From an uncultured virus (IMG/VR IMGVR_UViG_3300027659_000025) (Duplodnaviria > Heunggongvirae > Uroviricota > Caudoviricetes), in IMG/VR virus record IMGVR_UViG_3300027659_000025: 64,000 nucleotides of DNA. The stretch is one strand, 5' to 3'. Below, piece after piece: positions 18,235 through 28,050 of this stretch. The translations under genes were made by a program, and so were the position numbers. The notes under the pieces were generated by a model. It did not search any database, had not been told where the DNA came from, and worked only from the letters and a program-made list of their open reading frames with translations. How positions within the stretch are numbered: the stretch's first letter is position 1; each line of letters starts with the position of its first letter.

Positions 18235-18662
18235 TCTGGTTGAGACCTACGTGTCCATTTTGCAAATGAAGCCTTTGACTTATAGTATGCTCTATAAGAA
18301 TCTACGGCAAGATTTTGTTTATATTGATCTGGCATACATAAAACAAAAGGTGAACACCCTTCTGGAATATCTACAAGAGGCTCTTCTAAAGAATAAATAA
18401 TATCTTCACATTTATGTTGTTTATTATATCGATATTTATACTCGTTACAAATAGCAATTCCATGATCGACAAGCCAATTGTAATTACCTATAAATTCATT
18501 TGCCCACTTTACACAAGGATGCTTTTCATGCGTAGGTTTGTAAGGGCCTCCATTAATTGTAGATAATATTTGAGCAGTTTCAAGTGCCATTTTTACAATA
18601 TGCTTGTCAAATTGCATTTCTGCTGCTCTATAGGGATTTGAGTCTAATATAAAAATATTCAT
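18219..18662 (-). CDS. Pyrimidine-dimer DNA glycosylase (endonuclease V-like family)
   Basis: MNIFILD, DKHIVKMxLExAQIL, THxKHPC, YRAYY. Confidence 0.75.
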   Translation of the reverse strand: MNIFILDSNPYRAAEMQFDKHIVKMALETAQILSTINGGPYKPTHEKHPCVKWANEFIGNYNWLVDHGIAICNEYKYRYNKQHKCEDIIYSLEEPLVDIPEGCSPFVLCMPDQYKQNLAVDSYRAYYKSKASFAKWTRRSQPDWWTL

Positions 18663-20524
18663 TAGTGCACATCGTACCAGTTATTGCCAATCTTAGCTCC
18701 ACCATCCATAATAGTAACTCCGAATAGTTTAGGGCCTTCAGCAAACGATTGTTTACCGATTTGAGCAGCTCGCTCAGCATATTCTTCAGGAACCATGAAA
18801 TCAATCTCATCATGATAGAAAATACACGGTTTATATGGAATTTTTTCTTTTTCTAAATTTGCAACAGTTAGCATTAAAGCCGATGCACAGGTAATCTTTT
18901 CAGCAGACTGTAACAGATACACAAGCAACTTATGAAAGGAATCCACATAAATACGGTTACCAGCAAGGCTAGGAATGTAACCATCACCGAATTGGGATGT
19001 TTTGCCATAGATACTTTCTAACTTTTCTAGTAAGGCTTTAAATCCAGGTACGGCTTTAAGAAAACCAGCTTTTAATTTCTTGCCTTGCTTCTCTTCTAAA
19101 TTACCAAAGATATAGCTCCAAAGTTTAGCTCCTGAAGCCCCAAACAAGAAAGCATACAATACTCGTTTAGCATTTGATCTTTTGACTTCATGTACTATAC
19201 CCATGTCAGCTAAGACTTTGGTTAACACATCTGCATTATACTGATGTATATCCCCGTTAAGAAGAGTATCAATAAACTGAGCGTCGCCAAGATAATGAGC
19301 AAGACCTCTAGCTTGGTTACCTGCTGAATCGCATCCGACCAATTTCCATCCTGGTAAACACGTAAAGAGCTGACGCATGTCTTTACCCCATGGAGAGTCC
19401 GCAGAAGGTACATTGACAATAATAGAATGACGACTGCGCATACTAGGAGTACCGATGACCATGCAATCTCCATGTAAATTTCCTTTCTCGTCTGTATTTT
19501 CAATCCATGTTTTTAAAATCCCAAATCTTGATTTTGTTGTTAAAAATTCGAGATACAACTTACCATCTCCACCTAAGAACTCTAAGCTATCTTCTGAAAT
19601 TTTAGGTGAAGTTTTTACTTTCTTACCTGTCTCATCTGCTTTAAAATTCCATTCAGTAGGCTCCCATCCGTTTCGATATAAAAACATCTTAACATCGGCA
19701 ACTGAATCTAAACTTAATTTTTCAAACTCAACTCTGGAATACGGCCCTACAACAAGTCTTTCCTCTCCTTCATAACCAGACCAGGGATCAATATTAAACC
19801 AATTTGAAGTATGCAAATCATAACAACCTTGTTTAGTCCATTTAGGTTGCTTATATTCTACAATACCTTTTTTCTTATCAACAGCAATACACTTCATACC
19901 TAGCTTAGCTGATAAGGCTAAATAAGCTTTATCCATTTCTTGTGTAAGTTTTGTGTGTAATTGTTGTGCTGCATTAATATCAAACGGCCACCCATGAAGA
20001 CTAGCTTCTGTGGCCCATTTAGCTGTTGCATGTTCAGCTCTTAAATAGTATTTTAAAGTAGGAGCTTTTTCTAGAAGTGTTTTATATTCATCTATAAGAA
20101 TTTCATAAACTCTTGCTGTTAGTAACGTATCTTGTACACAATAATCAATCATTTCTTGAGTTAACTTAGACCAATCATTAAAGTCACCTTTTGGAAATTC
20201 AAGATATTCACCCCAACGACCTAAACTATGCCCACCTGTCCCAAATCTCTTATAGTCTAAAACTTGAGAAAAAATTAGAGTATCTTGCAAATCACAACTT
20301 TTTGGAAACTCATATCCAAATAACTTCTTTAATACAAAGACATCATATCCTAATATATTATGACCTATTGCTTTCTTTGCTTTATTAAAAAGCTCTTTCC
20401 AGCCAAGGTCACCTTCTTTAAATATGTGCATCTTTTTAGTGTCAAGATCATAAGCTGTTAGTACCCACATTCTTGTACACTGATTTAAAAGATTATCACA
20501 TTCTATATCAAAGATTAATCTCAT
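18662..20524 (-). CDS. Family A DNA polymerase (T7 gp5-like) with 3'-5' exonuclease
   Basis: DIE, GHNILGYD, YCVQD; motif A CDSAGNQAR, motif B RSNAKRVLYAFLFG, motif C HDE. Confidence 0.93.
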   Translation of the reverse strand: MRLIFDIECDNLLNQCTRMWVLTAYDLDTKKMHIFKEGDLGWKELFNKAKKAIGHNILGYDVFVLKKLFGYEFPKSCDLQDTLIFSQVLDYKRFGTGGHSLGRWGEYLEFPKGDFNDWSKLTQEMIDYCVQDTLLTARVYEILIDEYKTLLEKAPTLKYYLRAEHATAKWATEASLHGWPFDINAAQQLHTKLTQEMDKAYLALSAKLGMKCIAVDKKKGIVEYKQPKWTKQGCYDLHTSNWFNIDPWSGYEGEERLVVGPYSRVEFEKLSLDSVADVKMFLYRNGWEPTEWNFKADETGKKVKTSPKISEDSLEFLGGDGKLYLEFLTTKSRFGILKTWIENTDEKGNLHGDCMVIGTPSMRSRHSIIVNVPSADSPWGKDMRQLFTCLPGWKLVGCDSAGNQARGLAHYLGDAQFIDTLLNGDIHQYNADVLTKVLADMGIVHEVKRSNAKRVLYAFLFGASGAKLWSYIFGNLEEKQGKKLKAGFLKAVPGFKALLEKLESIYGKTSQFGDGYIPSLAGNRIYVDSFHKLLVYLLQSAEKITCASALMLTVANLEKEKIPYKPCIFYHDEIDFMVPEEYAERAAQIGKQSFAEGPKLFGVTIMDGGAKIGNNWYDVH

Positions 20525-20535
20525 TAATAATCCTA

Positions 20536-21096
20536 TTACTTCAATGATGCATGCACATCTTCTGCAGATACAGGTTTGTTTCCATTCTCAATGTATTTGA
20601 TTTGATACTGAAGATAAAATAAAGCTTTCTTTAATTCTTGTAGATCAGCGTCTTTTTGGCCTTTACGATCTAAATATTTTCGTATTTGTAATTCTAAAGC
20701 ACCTTTAAATATAGCAGGCTCTCTAAAACTAGGAATTCTAGACATTGCATCAAGCCATTGATAATCATCAATATAATTTTTATAATGACGCGGATTTACT
20801 TGAGATTCAATACTTTGAGTTTTAAATGTAGTAAAAGGTACATCTGATTCCACTTTTTTATCCTTTAAATATTCAGGTTTCCAAGCAGAGGCTCTTTCAA
20901 GAACAACACGCCATTCTTCTAAATCAATTACAGTTTTTAAATCATGACTATGCTTAGGTAACCTTGTATCAAATACGGATACATAATTAGGATGTGTTAC
21001 ATACTCTTCTTTAATATCGTCAATATTAATAGTTGTTCTCGAGATATGCATAGTATCATCTTCTCTAAGCTCAAAACAATTATAAATAAAACGCAT
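20536..21096 (-). CDS. DUF3310 / T7 gp1.7-like nucleotide kinase domain protein
   Basis: VNPRHY...KYLDRKGQK...DLQELKKAxxYL. Confidence 0.65.
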   Translation of the reverse strand: MRFIYNCFELREDDTMHISRTTINIDDIKEEYVTHPNYVSVFDTRLPKHSHDLKTVIDLEEWRVVLERASAWKPEYLKDKKVESDVPFTTFKTQSIESQVNPRHYKNYIDDYQWLDAMSRIPSFREPAIFKGALELQIRKYLDRKGQKDADLQELKKALFYLQYQIKYIENGNKPVSAEDVHASLK

Positions 21097-21110
21097 AACA
21101 ATCCTTAAAT

Positions 21111-21145
21111 TTTAAAGGGACTACCCTTTCTTCAAGAGTAGTCCC
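21111..21145 (-). terminator. Terminator-like hairpin after SSB
   Basis: GGGACTAC/GTAGTCCC stem. Confidence 0.55.
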
Positions 21146-21156
21146 AATCTAATTAA

Positions 21157-21657
21157 TTAAAAGTCATCTGTTGCAGTCGCTTCATCTTCATCACTAATCA
21201 CTTCTGTTTCTGTTTCACCAAACTCATCACTCCGTGGTTTAGCTTTATATACTAAATGTTTAGTCAACTGAATTCCCATTAAAACAGAAGCAATACCTTT
21301 GCTTCCATCTTTCTTTGGATACTCATATTGAAAGATACGAACATTGCCGACTGACCCGTTGCCAATAGTATTAGGATCAATATCTTCTAGCTTGCCATTA
21401 ATTACTTTAATTGGACCAGCTTTTTCGCTATCTTCTTTGATACTCTTCTTTCGTAGATTTACTCGAAAGTAAGGAGCGCCTTCATCAGGCACGATAGCTT
21501 TAACAGCTAGCTGCATTTCTTCCCAAGCTTTTTTAACAGCTTTGTCTGTAGTCCTAATCTGACATTCCCATGTAGGATTTGTTTTATTAAACTTGTTGTT
21601 AGGACGAGCAGGGTCTAGCTTACAAAACCAAAGTTCAGAGTCTTTAATAATCGGCAT
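21157..21657 (-). CDS. Single-stranded DNA-binding protein
   Basis: IGNGSVGNV motif, acidic C-terminus ending in F, position next to the polymerase. Confidence 0.8.
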   Translation of the reverse strand: MPIIKDSELWFCKLDPARPNNKFNKTNPTWECQIRTTDKAVKKAWEEMQLAVKAIVPDEGAPYFRVNLRKKSIKEDSEKAGPIKVINGKLEDIDPNTIGNGSVGNVRIFQYEYPKKDGSKGIASVLMGIQLTKHLVYKAKPRSDEFGETETEVISDEDEATATDDF

Positions 21658-21691
21658 ATAGTTCCTTGAAGAAAGTTAAGTCCCTCTGAGA

Positions 21692-21709
21692 GGGTTAAAT
21701 CAACGGGCT
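21692..21709 (-). promoter_or_regulatory. Class II phage promoter motif, copy 2
   Basis: AGCCCGTTGATTTAACCC upstream of SSB. Confidence 0.7.
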
Positions 21710-21725
21710 TAGCAATACTAAACGT

Positions 21726-22731
21726 TTAACTTTCTTCTGTATTTGCTTTTTCACGCTCGATTAGAACTGGAACTGGAGCAATAGATGTCTCCTGCACAAT
21801 ATGTAAATCAAGATAATTTTTTGCTACATAAGTGTATTTTCTGACACCATCCCAACTTACAACTCGTTCTACTGATTCAGCTTTTGAAAAGAGTTCAATA
21901 AGCTCTATTGTTAATGGAAGTACAATACAATTATCAGTTCGACTACCACCAAGAGATACGATAAGTTTCATTTCGTTTTTCTTGGGAAGTTGTGAATTAG
22001 CATCTACAGTAATAGTTGTCATTTAGTTTTCCTCTTCATCTTTAAAAGTTTCATCCCATTCTTCTTCTGAGATGCCAGTTAGAATAAATTCACGTTCACT
22101 TGGCTGTAGATCCGGCATTGCTTGTTGAATCAACATGCCTTTAACAGCCCAATTATCATATTGTTCTTTAGTAACAGCTAAATCTTTTGTTCTCTCAATC
22201 CCACTTAGAATAGACTTCATTGTAATAAGCATAATAACCTCAAAAAGAATTATATGAAATATGTTTTTCTACATTGCCTTCTTTCCACAAAGATCTATGA
22301 ATATAATACAAAGGTCCGCCTGCGTTACTTGTACAAAATAAAAATACAGCCCAATTTGTATTAATATCTCGATTTACATAACCACAATCATCAAATGCTA
22401 AATCTAAATCTACAGTAATATTCGGCATTAAATTCTCGTTATCCGCTTCCCAAGATAAATGAGAACTCTTTACTTCTAACAAATCTTCTGGATGTTCACA
22501 TAAATGAATAAGCCCGCCTAAACTGTCTTCAAAAGAATAATCAGAATCTTTGAGAGATTTACGAATATCAATAATTTCTCGTAACAGTAGACTCTCAGGT
22601 GTTTTGAAGCTTTCAATTGGCAAATCACAAACATAAATTAAAGATTTTGCAGTCTCTTCTAATACACACAAAGGAACTAGCCCTCTTTCATAATCTTGAA
22701 ACATCTCTTCAAAATTATTATACACAACCAT
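21726..22731 (-). other. Three hypothetical ORFs (21726..22022, 22023..22232, 22240..22731)
   Basis: Packed ORFs downstream of the RNAP gene. Confidence 0.6.
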
Positions 22732-22740
22732 TTTAGTCTC

Positions 22741-24972
22741 CTAGCAAAAACAATATTCACTATCAAGAATAAGTGTAAGATCCAAAGTGCCTAATTTAAC
22801 TTCTTTTGAGTTACCTCCAATGTCTTTCATAATTAATGTTAAAGGGTCTGTCTGATATAACTCTAAGAAGGTTTTTCTAAGCAAGGTAAACAGCTCAGGC
22901 ATATTTCCTAATAAACAACCAAAAGAATCATGAATAGTTGTAATTGGAAATGGTGCTTGACTAACTGTCATCGACAAGTGTGCTGCATCTAGACTGTGAA
23001 TAATATTAGGACTAGCGCCTTGTGACTGTTTACCTTTGGAAGGCTTTACATCTTCAATAAAACAAATATTAAGTTGAAGTGTATTTTCATAATACCCTGT
23101 TGTACTTCTTTCTTCTTGCGGTGGACCATACTGAACCCATATCTTTCTAACATTACCTTCAGTATAGTTTTGAACTACTGGAAAGTTAGTAATAGGAACT
23201 TTCCAAGATAAAAATCTATCTTCTTTTTCAGCCTTCTTACCTGCGTCTTCAAAGACCTTTAGCAACTGCATTGGTCTTTCTAACGATACTCTACAATCAT
23301 TAAAAACTTCTCTACCTAAGTAAGCACCCCAACTATGCTCCATGTAAAGCAGCATATCTATATTATGTTTTCTAGCATCATCAATAATTTGTTGACCAAG
23401 CCCATACGCAGTACCGCCATAAGGAATAGTCATTACATTTCTTTTAACAATCTTTCTTTTATGTTTAGTATCTTTTATTCTAAACCAAAAGACAGGTGCA
23501 GAAATACTCATTAAGTATTGATTATCAAGTTTAAGTTGTTTAATAGACTCAATAAGTTGCTTTCTTAAGTCGCTCTTAGGTTCAGCTGCATTTATTTGTT
23601 TCTTTAGTTCAATTAAATTATCTATAAATTGTTCACAGTCAGCAATTTCTTCTGCGTCCATTAAAGATAATTCTTGAGACAAATATTGCCAAACATGATC
23701 ACCAACATATTTATAAAGATCACCTGGAAGTTCTAGCGGAACTAAATTAACATGTGGAGCAATAATTTCATCTTTTGTTAATGCAGATAAATGCTGACTA
23801 CCATTATTAGAACCATCTACATATGCTTCTAAATGAGACTCATAACCATAAGAATTATCATTGTTATCTTTTTGCCAATTCCTAAAATTCATCAATTCAA
23901 AACAAGCTGCAAGAAATTGCCAAGGCTTATCAGCTTTCATCCATCCTTGATTTACTTTAGGATTCTCTGCATAAGATAAAAGAATCTCTTCATTATCAAG
24001 AGACCATAGATATCTTTCTTTTAATGGTATTTTATCTGTTTTTGCTCCGTCATCTCTTCCTGAAGTACCTGCCCAGTTAGAAGCAATAGAGATCATCAGC
24101 CAGAAAAATCCAGCTTCTCCAATTTCCTTAGAGTCTGCTCTTAGTAAAAGACCTCGAGCTAAATCTGAACCCTGTTCATGAAGGTATGCTGTTGCAGTAT
24201 ATTTACGACCTCTGAAATCATAATAGTAAAGATGATAAAAGATTTCTCCAATAAACCTTCTTGAAATATCACCAATTGCTCTTGCTTCTCTTAATTTAGT
24301 TGCTTTTGCTTCTGGATTTTGAGCTTCCCAAATTTCAGAAAAAGCATCTGTTTTATTCCTAAGAGCCCATAAATGTAAATTGTAAATGTTTTCATTTATT
24401 TGCCATCCAATAGTTTGTGCCTTATTGACACAATCAAAAATTATTGGATGTGTTTTTGGTGATATTGATTCAAGAACATCTTTATTTCCTGTTTTAACTA
24501 ACCAGACACCTGTTGAATGTTTTGCAGTAGTCCATGGTGCATAAGGTGTTTTAGAAGGCAGTTTTTCAATTTGGCTAGGATCAAGAGAGTTCCACAGGTT
24601 ACAAATCCCTTCATCGTTTAAAACAGTTACAATATATGTTGCATGACCTTTTGCACCTTGGCCTAAGCTTGTTTGTAAGTAACCGAGTTCTTCAAAAGAG
24701 TAAAGCATAAATGCACCTGTTTTAGCTGCTAGTGCTGAATCTCTTTTTAGTTTATATTTACCTCGAAGATTATGACCTATTGCAGAGATTATTTCAGTCA
24801 AGTATATTGACTTCTTAGAACCTTTACTAGGTCTTGTATACAGATACACTACAGAAATTACGCTATCAATATAATCTTCTATATTAAATGCTTTTAAGTA
24901 TTTTAAAGGGTTTCGAGAAGATACTTCTGTTTTCAACCTAAAACTTAGAGAATCTAATATTTGTTTTTTCAT
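22741..24972 (-). CDS. Single-subunit T7-type RNA polymerase (stand-alone, 743 aa)
   Basis: DFRGRKY, motif A DGSNNGSQH, motif B RKIVKRNVMTIPYG, PNIIHSLDAAHL, motif C IHDSFG. Confidence 0.95.
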   Translation of the reverse strand: MKKQILDSLSFRLKTEVSSRNPLKYLKAFNIEDYIDSVISVVYLYTRPSKGSKKSIYLTEIISAIGHNLRGKYKLKRDSALAAKTGAFMLYSFEELGYLQTSLGQGAKGHATYIVTVLNDEGICNLWNSLDPSQIEKLPSKTPYAPWTTAKHSTGVWLVKTGNKDVLESISPKTHPIIFDCVNKAQTIGWQINENIYNLHLWALRNKTDAFSEIWEAQNPEAKATKLREARAIGDISRRFIGEIFYHLYYYDFRGRKYTATAYLHEQGSDLARGLLLRADSKEIGEAGFFWLMISIASNWAGTSGRDDGAKTDKIPLKERYLWSLDNEEILLSYAENPKVNQGWMKADKPWQFLAACFELMNFRNWQKDNNDNSYGYESHLEAYVDGSNNGSQHLSALTKDEIIAPHVNLVPLELPGDLYKYVGDHVWQYLSQELSLMDAEEIADCEQFIDNLIELKKQINAAEPKSDLRKQLIESIKQLKLDNQYLMSISAPVFWFRIKDTKHKRKIVKRNVMTIPYGGTAYGLGQQIIDDARKHNIDMLLYMEHSWGAYLGREVFNDCRVSLERPMQLLKVFEDAGKKAEKEDRFLSWKVPITNFPVVQNYTEGNVRKIWVQYGPPQEERSTTGYYENTLQLNICFIEDVKPSKGKQSQGASPNIIHSLDAAHLSMTVSQAPFPITTIHDSFGCLLGNMPELFTLLRKTFLELYQTDPLTLIMKDIGGNSKEVKLGTLDLTLILDSEYCFC

Positions 24973-24973
24973 T

Positions 24974-25114
24974 TTAAATTTTCAAAACAAGATACAATGA
25001 AAAACCAATAGCTACGACAATTGCAAAAGGTAGAAGAGCTTTAGTAAACAGGACAACCAGCATTAAAAATATAATTGTTTTAGCTAAAAAATTTCCACCT
25101 TTTGATCGCCGCAT
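24974..25114 (-). CDS. Small hydrophobic protein (46 aa, not in the ORF track)
   Basis: MRRSKGGNFLAKTIIFLMLVVLF...; AAGGAG SD. Confidence 0.5.
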   Translation of the reverse strand: MRRSKGGNFLAKTIIFLMLVVLFTKALLPFAIVVAIGFSLYLVLKI

Positions 25115-25236
25115 CCAAGCTCCTTATTTTGTTTAAGAATGCTTTTTATATCGGATAAGCGACCTACTCACTTAATTAAGTAAAACAAAAAAAAAAAAGG
25201 ATTAAATGTAGCCCGAAGGCTAAAAAAAAAAAAAAA

Positions 25237-25263
25237 AAGCAGTTTAAAGTCCTGCTCAGGACT
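25237..25263 (-). ncRNA. H-type pseudoknot motif, copy 3, followed by T17
   Basis: AGTC-CTGAGCAG-GACT-TTAAAC-TGCTT. Confidence 0.6.
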
Positions 25264-25268
25264 GTTTG

Positions 25269-25556
25269 TTACACTTCTTTGAAAGCGGTATACCCGTCTT
25301 TCTTTTCTTCTTTATTTTTATTAAAAGAAGTGTACCGTTTAAACTTTTCTGGATAGGTCTCCTTCAAGACACCTACTCCGCTGTAGAGCCCTGTCGCGGT
25401 CAGCGCCCAAAACAACAGCATTTTGAACTGCGCAAAGGTTATCGCGGCGATAATGATTTTTCCCCCTATCGGGGCAATAGTGAAACAAAAGGCCAGAAAC
25501 GCGCCTGAGAATACTAGATAAACCAAGACAATATTACCAAAGAATTTTTTCAGCAT
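25269..25556 (-). CDS. Early membrane protein
   Basis: Hydrophobic segments; GGAG SD before the second ATG; first gene after class I promoter copy 2. Confidence 0.6.
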   Translation of the reverse strand: MLKKFFGNIVLVYLVFSGAFLAFCFTIAPIGGKIIIAAITFAQFKMLLFWALTATGLYSGVGVLKETYPEKFKRYTSFNKNKEEKKDGYTAFKEV

Positions 25557-25578
25557 TTTAATCTCCATTGAGCTAGTA

Positions 25579-25619
25579 ATAACCCCTATTGGTTATCATA
25601 TAAGATACCTCTTTTTCCG
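25579..25619 (-). promoter_or_regulatory. Class I promoter motif, copy 2
   Basis: 31-bp core identical to copies 1 and 3; about 600 bp upstream of the stand-alone RNAP gene. Confidence 0.75.
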
Positions 25620-25628
25620 CGTTTTATT

Positions 25629-26093
25629 TCACGGGGTTTTGTAAAATATGTGATCCTTCCATACACCTACTCTAATAACTTTTTTCCTCCACTTTGGTTT
25701 AACAGCTTTTGTGTGAAAAAATGTAGCTGTTTTAAATTCATAAGGAACTTCTAAAATTCCATGATAAACATTTAAGACCACCGATTTGACTTTTTCAAAG
25801 TCTTTTTTGTTAATATATCTTTCTTTAGAAAGAGTCCATGAGAATTGAAATGGTGCGTATACAATATCACAAAACGTTTTATTTGAATTATATGCTCGAT
25901 TCATTACAACTTTTGTAACAAGTGCCATTCCAATTGCACCTTGATTAAATGCTTCATGATAAGCATTTTTAATCAAACAAAGCTCCTCTTGCTTAGTTAA
26001 TTGAATTGATTGTATCAGACTTAGTCTAGCTGTTGTATCATGATACAAATTATTCGAAAATAGCATTATAAGAGAAGCTAGAATTGACTTCAT
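25629..26093 (-). CDS. SleB-like cell wall hydrolase (Hydrolase_2)
   Basis: CLxxNxYHEA, VVMNR, QFSW, ATFFH, KPKW, HIFY; N-terminal hydrophobic segment. Confidence 0.85.
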   Translation of the reverse strand: MKSILASLIMLFSNNLYHDTTARLSLIQSIQLTKQEELCLIKNAYHEAFNQGAIGMALVTKVVMNRAYNSNKTFCDIVYAPFQFSWTLSKERYINKKDFEKVKSVVLNVYHGILEVPYEFKTATFFHTKAVKPKWRKKVIRVGVWKDHIFYKTP

Positions 26094-26302
26094 TTTACTA
26101 CTTTTAAGTGAGGCTTATGGTATTGTGTATTACCATAAGAATCTACTTTATATACTTTCTTATCTTCAACCTTGTAACTTTCTTTATGGTATTGCGTATT
26201 ACCATAAGAATCAACCTTGTAAATCCTGATTGGCTGCTGTGATTGAGCGTTTGCTTGAAATCCAATCAAAGAGATGAATCCAATAAGTACAACCTTTATC
26301 AT
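26090..26302 (-). CDS. Secreted small protein with a duplicated YKVDSYGNTQYHK repeat
   Basis: Signal peptide ending ANA; exact 13-aa duplication. Confidence 0.65.
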   Translation of the reverse strand: MIKVVLIGFISLIGFQANAQSQQPIRIYKVDSYGNTQYHKESYKVEDKKVYKVDSYGNTQYHKPHLKVVK

Positions 26303-26311
26303 TTTATTTTC

Positions 26312-26370
<59 letters not shown>

Positions 26371-26376
26371 GATGTA

Positions 26377-26538
26377 CTACCAATCTCGCTTTGAGTTCGC
26401 AATGTCAGCTTGTAGCTGAATGCGCTCAATACGATACTGGTAGCACTTCTTGCGCCACTCAGCTTCATCTCTGGTGAGATATTGGTACAGCCACTTGAAG
26501 CCTGTGATGCTGTAAATAACCCACAATACTCTTTCCAT
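26377..26538 (-). CDS. Small early protein (53 aa, not in the ORF track)
   Basis: MERVLWVIYSITGFKWLY...; AGGAG SD. Confidence 0.55.
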   Translation of the reverse strand: MERVLWVIYSITGFKWLYQYLTRDEAEWRKKCYQYRIERIQLQADIANSKRDW

Positions 26539-26616
26539 GTCAGGCTCCTATAAGAAGAATTGCGGTAACAAACCCTAATCCAAAGATGCAGGTATACCCA
26601 ACCAATCTATCCCAAC

Positions 26617-26850
26617 TCATGCTGCTGCTCTCCAATTCTTAGGAATGATAAACCAGTCCTCCGCTGTCAGTTCTTGCATATCTGCCTTTACGAAGAAGTG
26701 CCATTCTCCTCCGTAGTTCGCTGCAACAGGTTTACTCCAGGCAGCGAGCATATTAGACTGGTTATTCCAATCAAAGATGGCTTGTTGTACTGCATTTTTG
26801 TTTTGCAAAAGAATTTTTTGTTCTTCATTAGTAATCATATCTTGCTCCAT
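26617..26850 (-). CDS. Hypothetical early protein
   Basis: ORF between pseudoknot motifs. Confidence 0.6.
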   Translation of the reverse strand: MEQDMITNEEQKILLQNKNAVQQAIFDWNNQSNMLAAWSKPVAANYGGEWHFFVKADMQELTAEDWFIIPKNWRAAA

Positions 26851-26868
26851 TGGTCAAGTAAAGGTTAA

Positions 26869-26897
26869 AAGCAGTTTATAGTCTTGCTTAGGACTAT
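26869..26897 (-). ncRNA. H-type pseudoknot motif, copy 5
   Basis: ATAGTC-CTAAGCAA-GACTAT-AAAC-TGCTT. Confidence 0.6.
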
Positions 26898-26901
26898 TTG
26901 C

Positions 26902-27153
26902 TTAAAAAATGTCTTCAATATCTTGCACTAATCTTTGGCTTTGCGGATAATGTATTTTGAGCCACGCAAGATTATTTCTTATTTTCTTCAAATACTCAAG
27001 GTACTTGAATGTTGACAGATAAGGCTGGTTTTCTTCTTCAAGATCAAACCATGGGCGTCTTCCCCAAAGATTGACTTGTTTAGATCTGCGAATGGCGTCA
27101 ACGCGCCAATCAAAATCTTCCTCCACCTTGATAACATCATCGGATTTGTTCAT
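26902..27153 (-). CDS. Hypothetical early protein
   Basis: ORF with GGAG SD. Confidence 0.6.
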   Translation of the reverse strand: MNKSDDVIKVEEDFDWRVDAIRRSKQVNLWGRRPWFDLEEENQPYLSTFKYLEYLKKIRNNLAWLKIHYPQSQRLVQDIEDIF

Positions 27154-27183
27154 TTCGCTCTCCAGAGCTAGGTTAATGTTAAA

Positions 27184-27211
27184 AGCAGTTTATAGACTTG
27201 CTAAGGTCTAT
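27184..27211 (-). ncRNA. H-type pseudoknot motif, copy 6
   Basis: ATAGAC-CTTAGCAA-GTCTAT-AAAC-TGCT. Confidence 0.6.
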
Positions 27212-27216
27212 CAGCA

Positions 27217-27339
27217 TTAACTGATATATGCTGAAATGAAGCCATCCTCATGGGACAGCTCAGAGATCAGCGCTCGTGGCGCTGATGTATACTGCCGAAT
27301 AACCCCGTACGAGAATACGACCGTTACAAGTACCAGCAT
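27217..27339 (-). CDS. Small early protein (40 aa, not in the ORF track)
   Basis: MLVLVTVVFSYGVIRQY...; AGGAGA SD right after class I promoter copy 3. Confidence 0.5.
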   Translation of the reverse strand: MLVLVTVVFSYGVIRQYTSAPRALISELSHEDGFISAYIS

Positions 27340-27355
27340 ACAAATCTCCTAGGTA

Positions 27356-27396
27356 ATAACCCCTATTGGTTATCATATAAGATACCGTTTTTTCCG
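27356..27396 (-). promoter_or_regulatory. Class I promoter motif, copy 3
   Basis: 31-bp core identical to copies 1 and 2. Confidence 0.75.
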
Positions 27397-27412
27397 CAAG
27401 ACACCTGTTGAA

Positions 27413-27664
27413 TTATTTGCCGTTATCAGCGCTGTTCTTACTAGGGTCTCTAAGTCTTAAGTTGCCTTTAACAGACTTGCCGCCACTCCGTATAGGCTTC
27501 TTATGATCTATATCTTTGCCCTCTCTATCAACACCCAGAGAGTCATACATTCGTCTAGCTTTCTGGCGTTCATGCTGATCGCTATCTGGCCCTGATCTTC
27601 CAGTCTTTAAATCTTGATTGTATTCTTTTTTGTAATCTCTTTTTCTTTTTGTGTCGTATGGCAT
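27413..27664 (-). CDS. Small HNH endonuclease
   Basis: DIDHKKP..GG....NL......N. Confidence 0.8.
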   Translation of the reverse strand: MPYDTKRKRDYKKEYNQDLKTGRSGPDSDQHERQKARRMYDSLGVDREGKDIDHKKPIRSGGKSVKGNLRLRDPSKNSADNGK

Positions 27665-27678
27665 ATTAGTTTCATTTC

Positions 27679-27705
27679 AAAATAAAACCCCACATTTCTG
27701 TGGGG
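27679..27705 (-). terminator. Rho-independent terminator after the endolysin
   Basis: CCCCACA-GAAA-TGTGGGG-TTTTATTTT. Confidence 0.85.
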
Positions 27706-27717
27706 AATTTGTTTCAA

Positions 27718-28050
27718 TTAAACGCGACGCTCATAATGAGGAGCGTCTTTAAATGTTTTCCAAAACATACCAGCTTGATTAAGAGGATTTAAACTCTCCC
27801 AATACTTACCAATTTCTTCTGGATAAACAATTTGACCTGCTTTAACAAAATAGATATCCACAGCACATTTTTTAAGATGCATGCTGTTCATTGTTTTAGA
27901 TCTACCTGTTTTAACATAAAGCTCTTGTTGCTCAGTAGTTCTTTGTAGTTCACCTAGCCGTGCATCATAACCAAGTTCAAAAGCTTTAAGTAACAGCTTA
28001 GTAAAATCTTTAGCAAAAGCTTCTTGATGTTGTCCTAGTGTTATTTTCAT
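27718..28050 (-). CDS. Endolysin, peptidase M15 (L-Ala-D-Glu peptidase-like)
   Basis: R...Q..LY, SMH....AVD, DAPHYE. Confidence 0.85.
   Translation of the reverse strand: MKITLGQHQEAFAKDFTKLLLKAFELGYDARLGELQRTTEQQELYVKTGRSKTMNSMHLKKCAVDIYFVKAGQIVYPEEIGKYWESLNPLNQAGMFWKTFKDAPHYERRV

Noticed and set aside
12214..24972. Introns or inteins in RNR, helicase, polymerase or RNAP
   Set aside because: All are continuous and of ordinary length with no splice motifs seen
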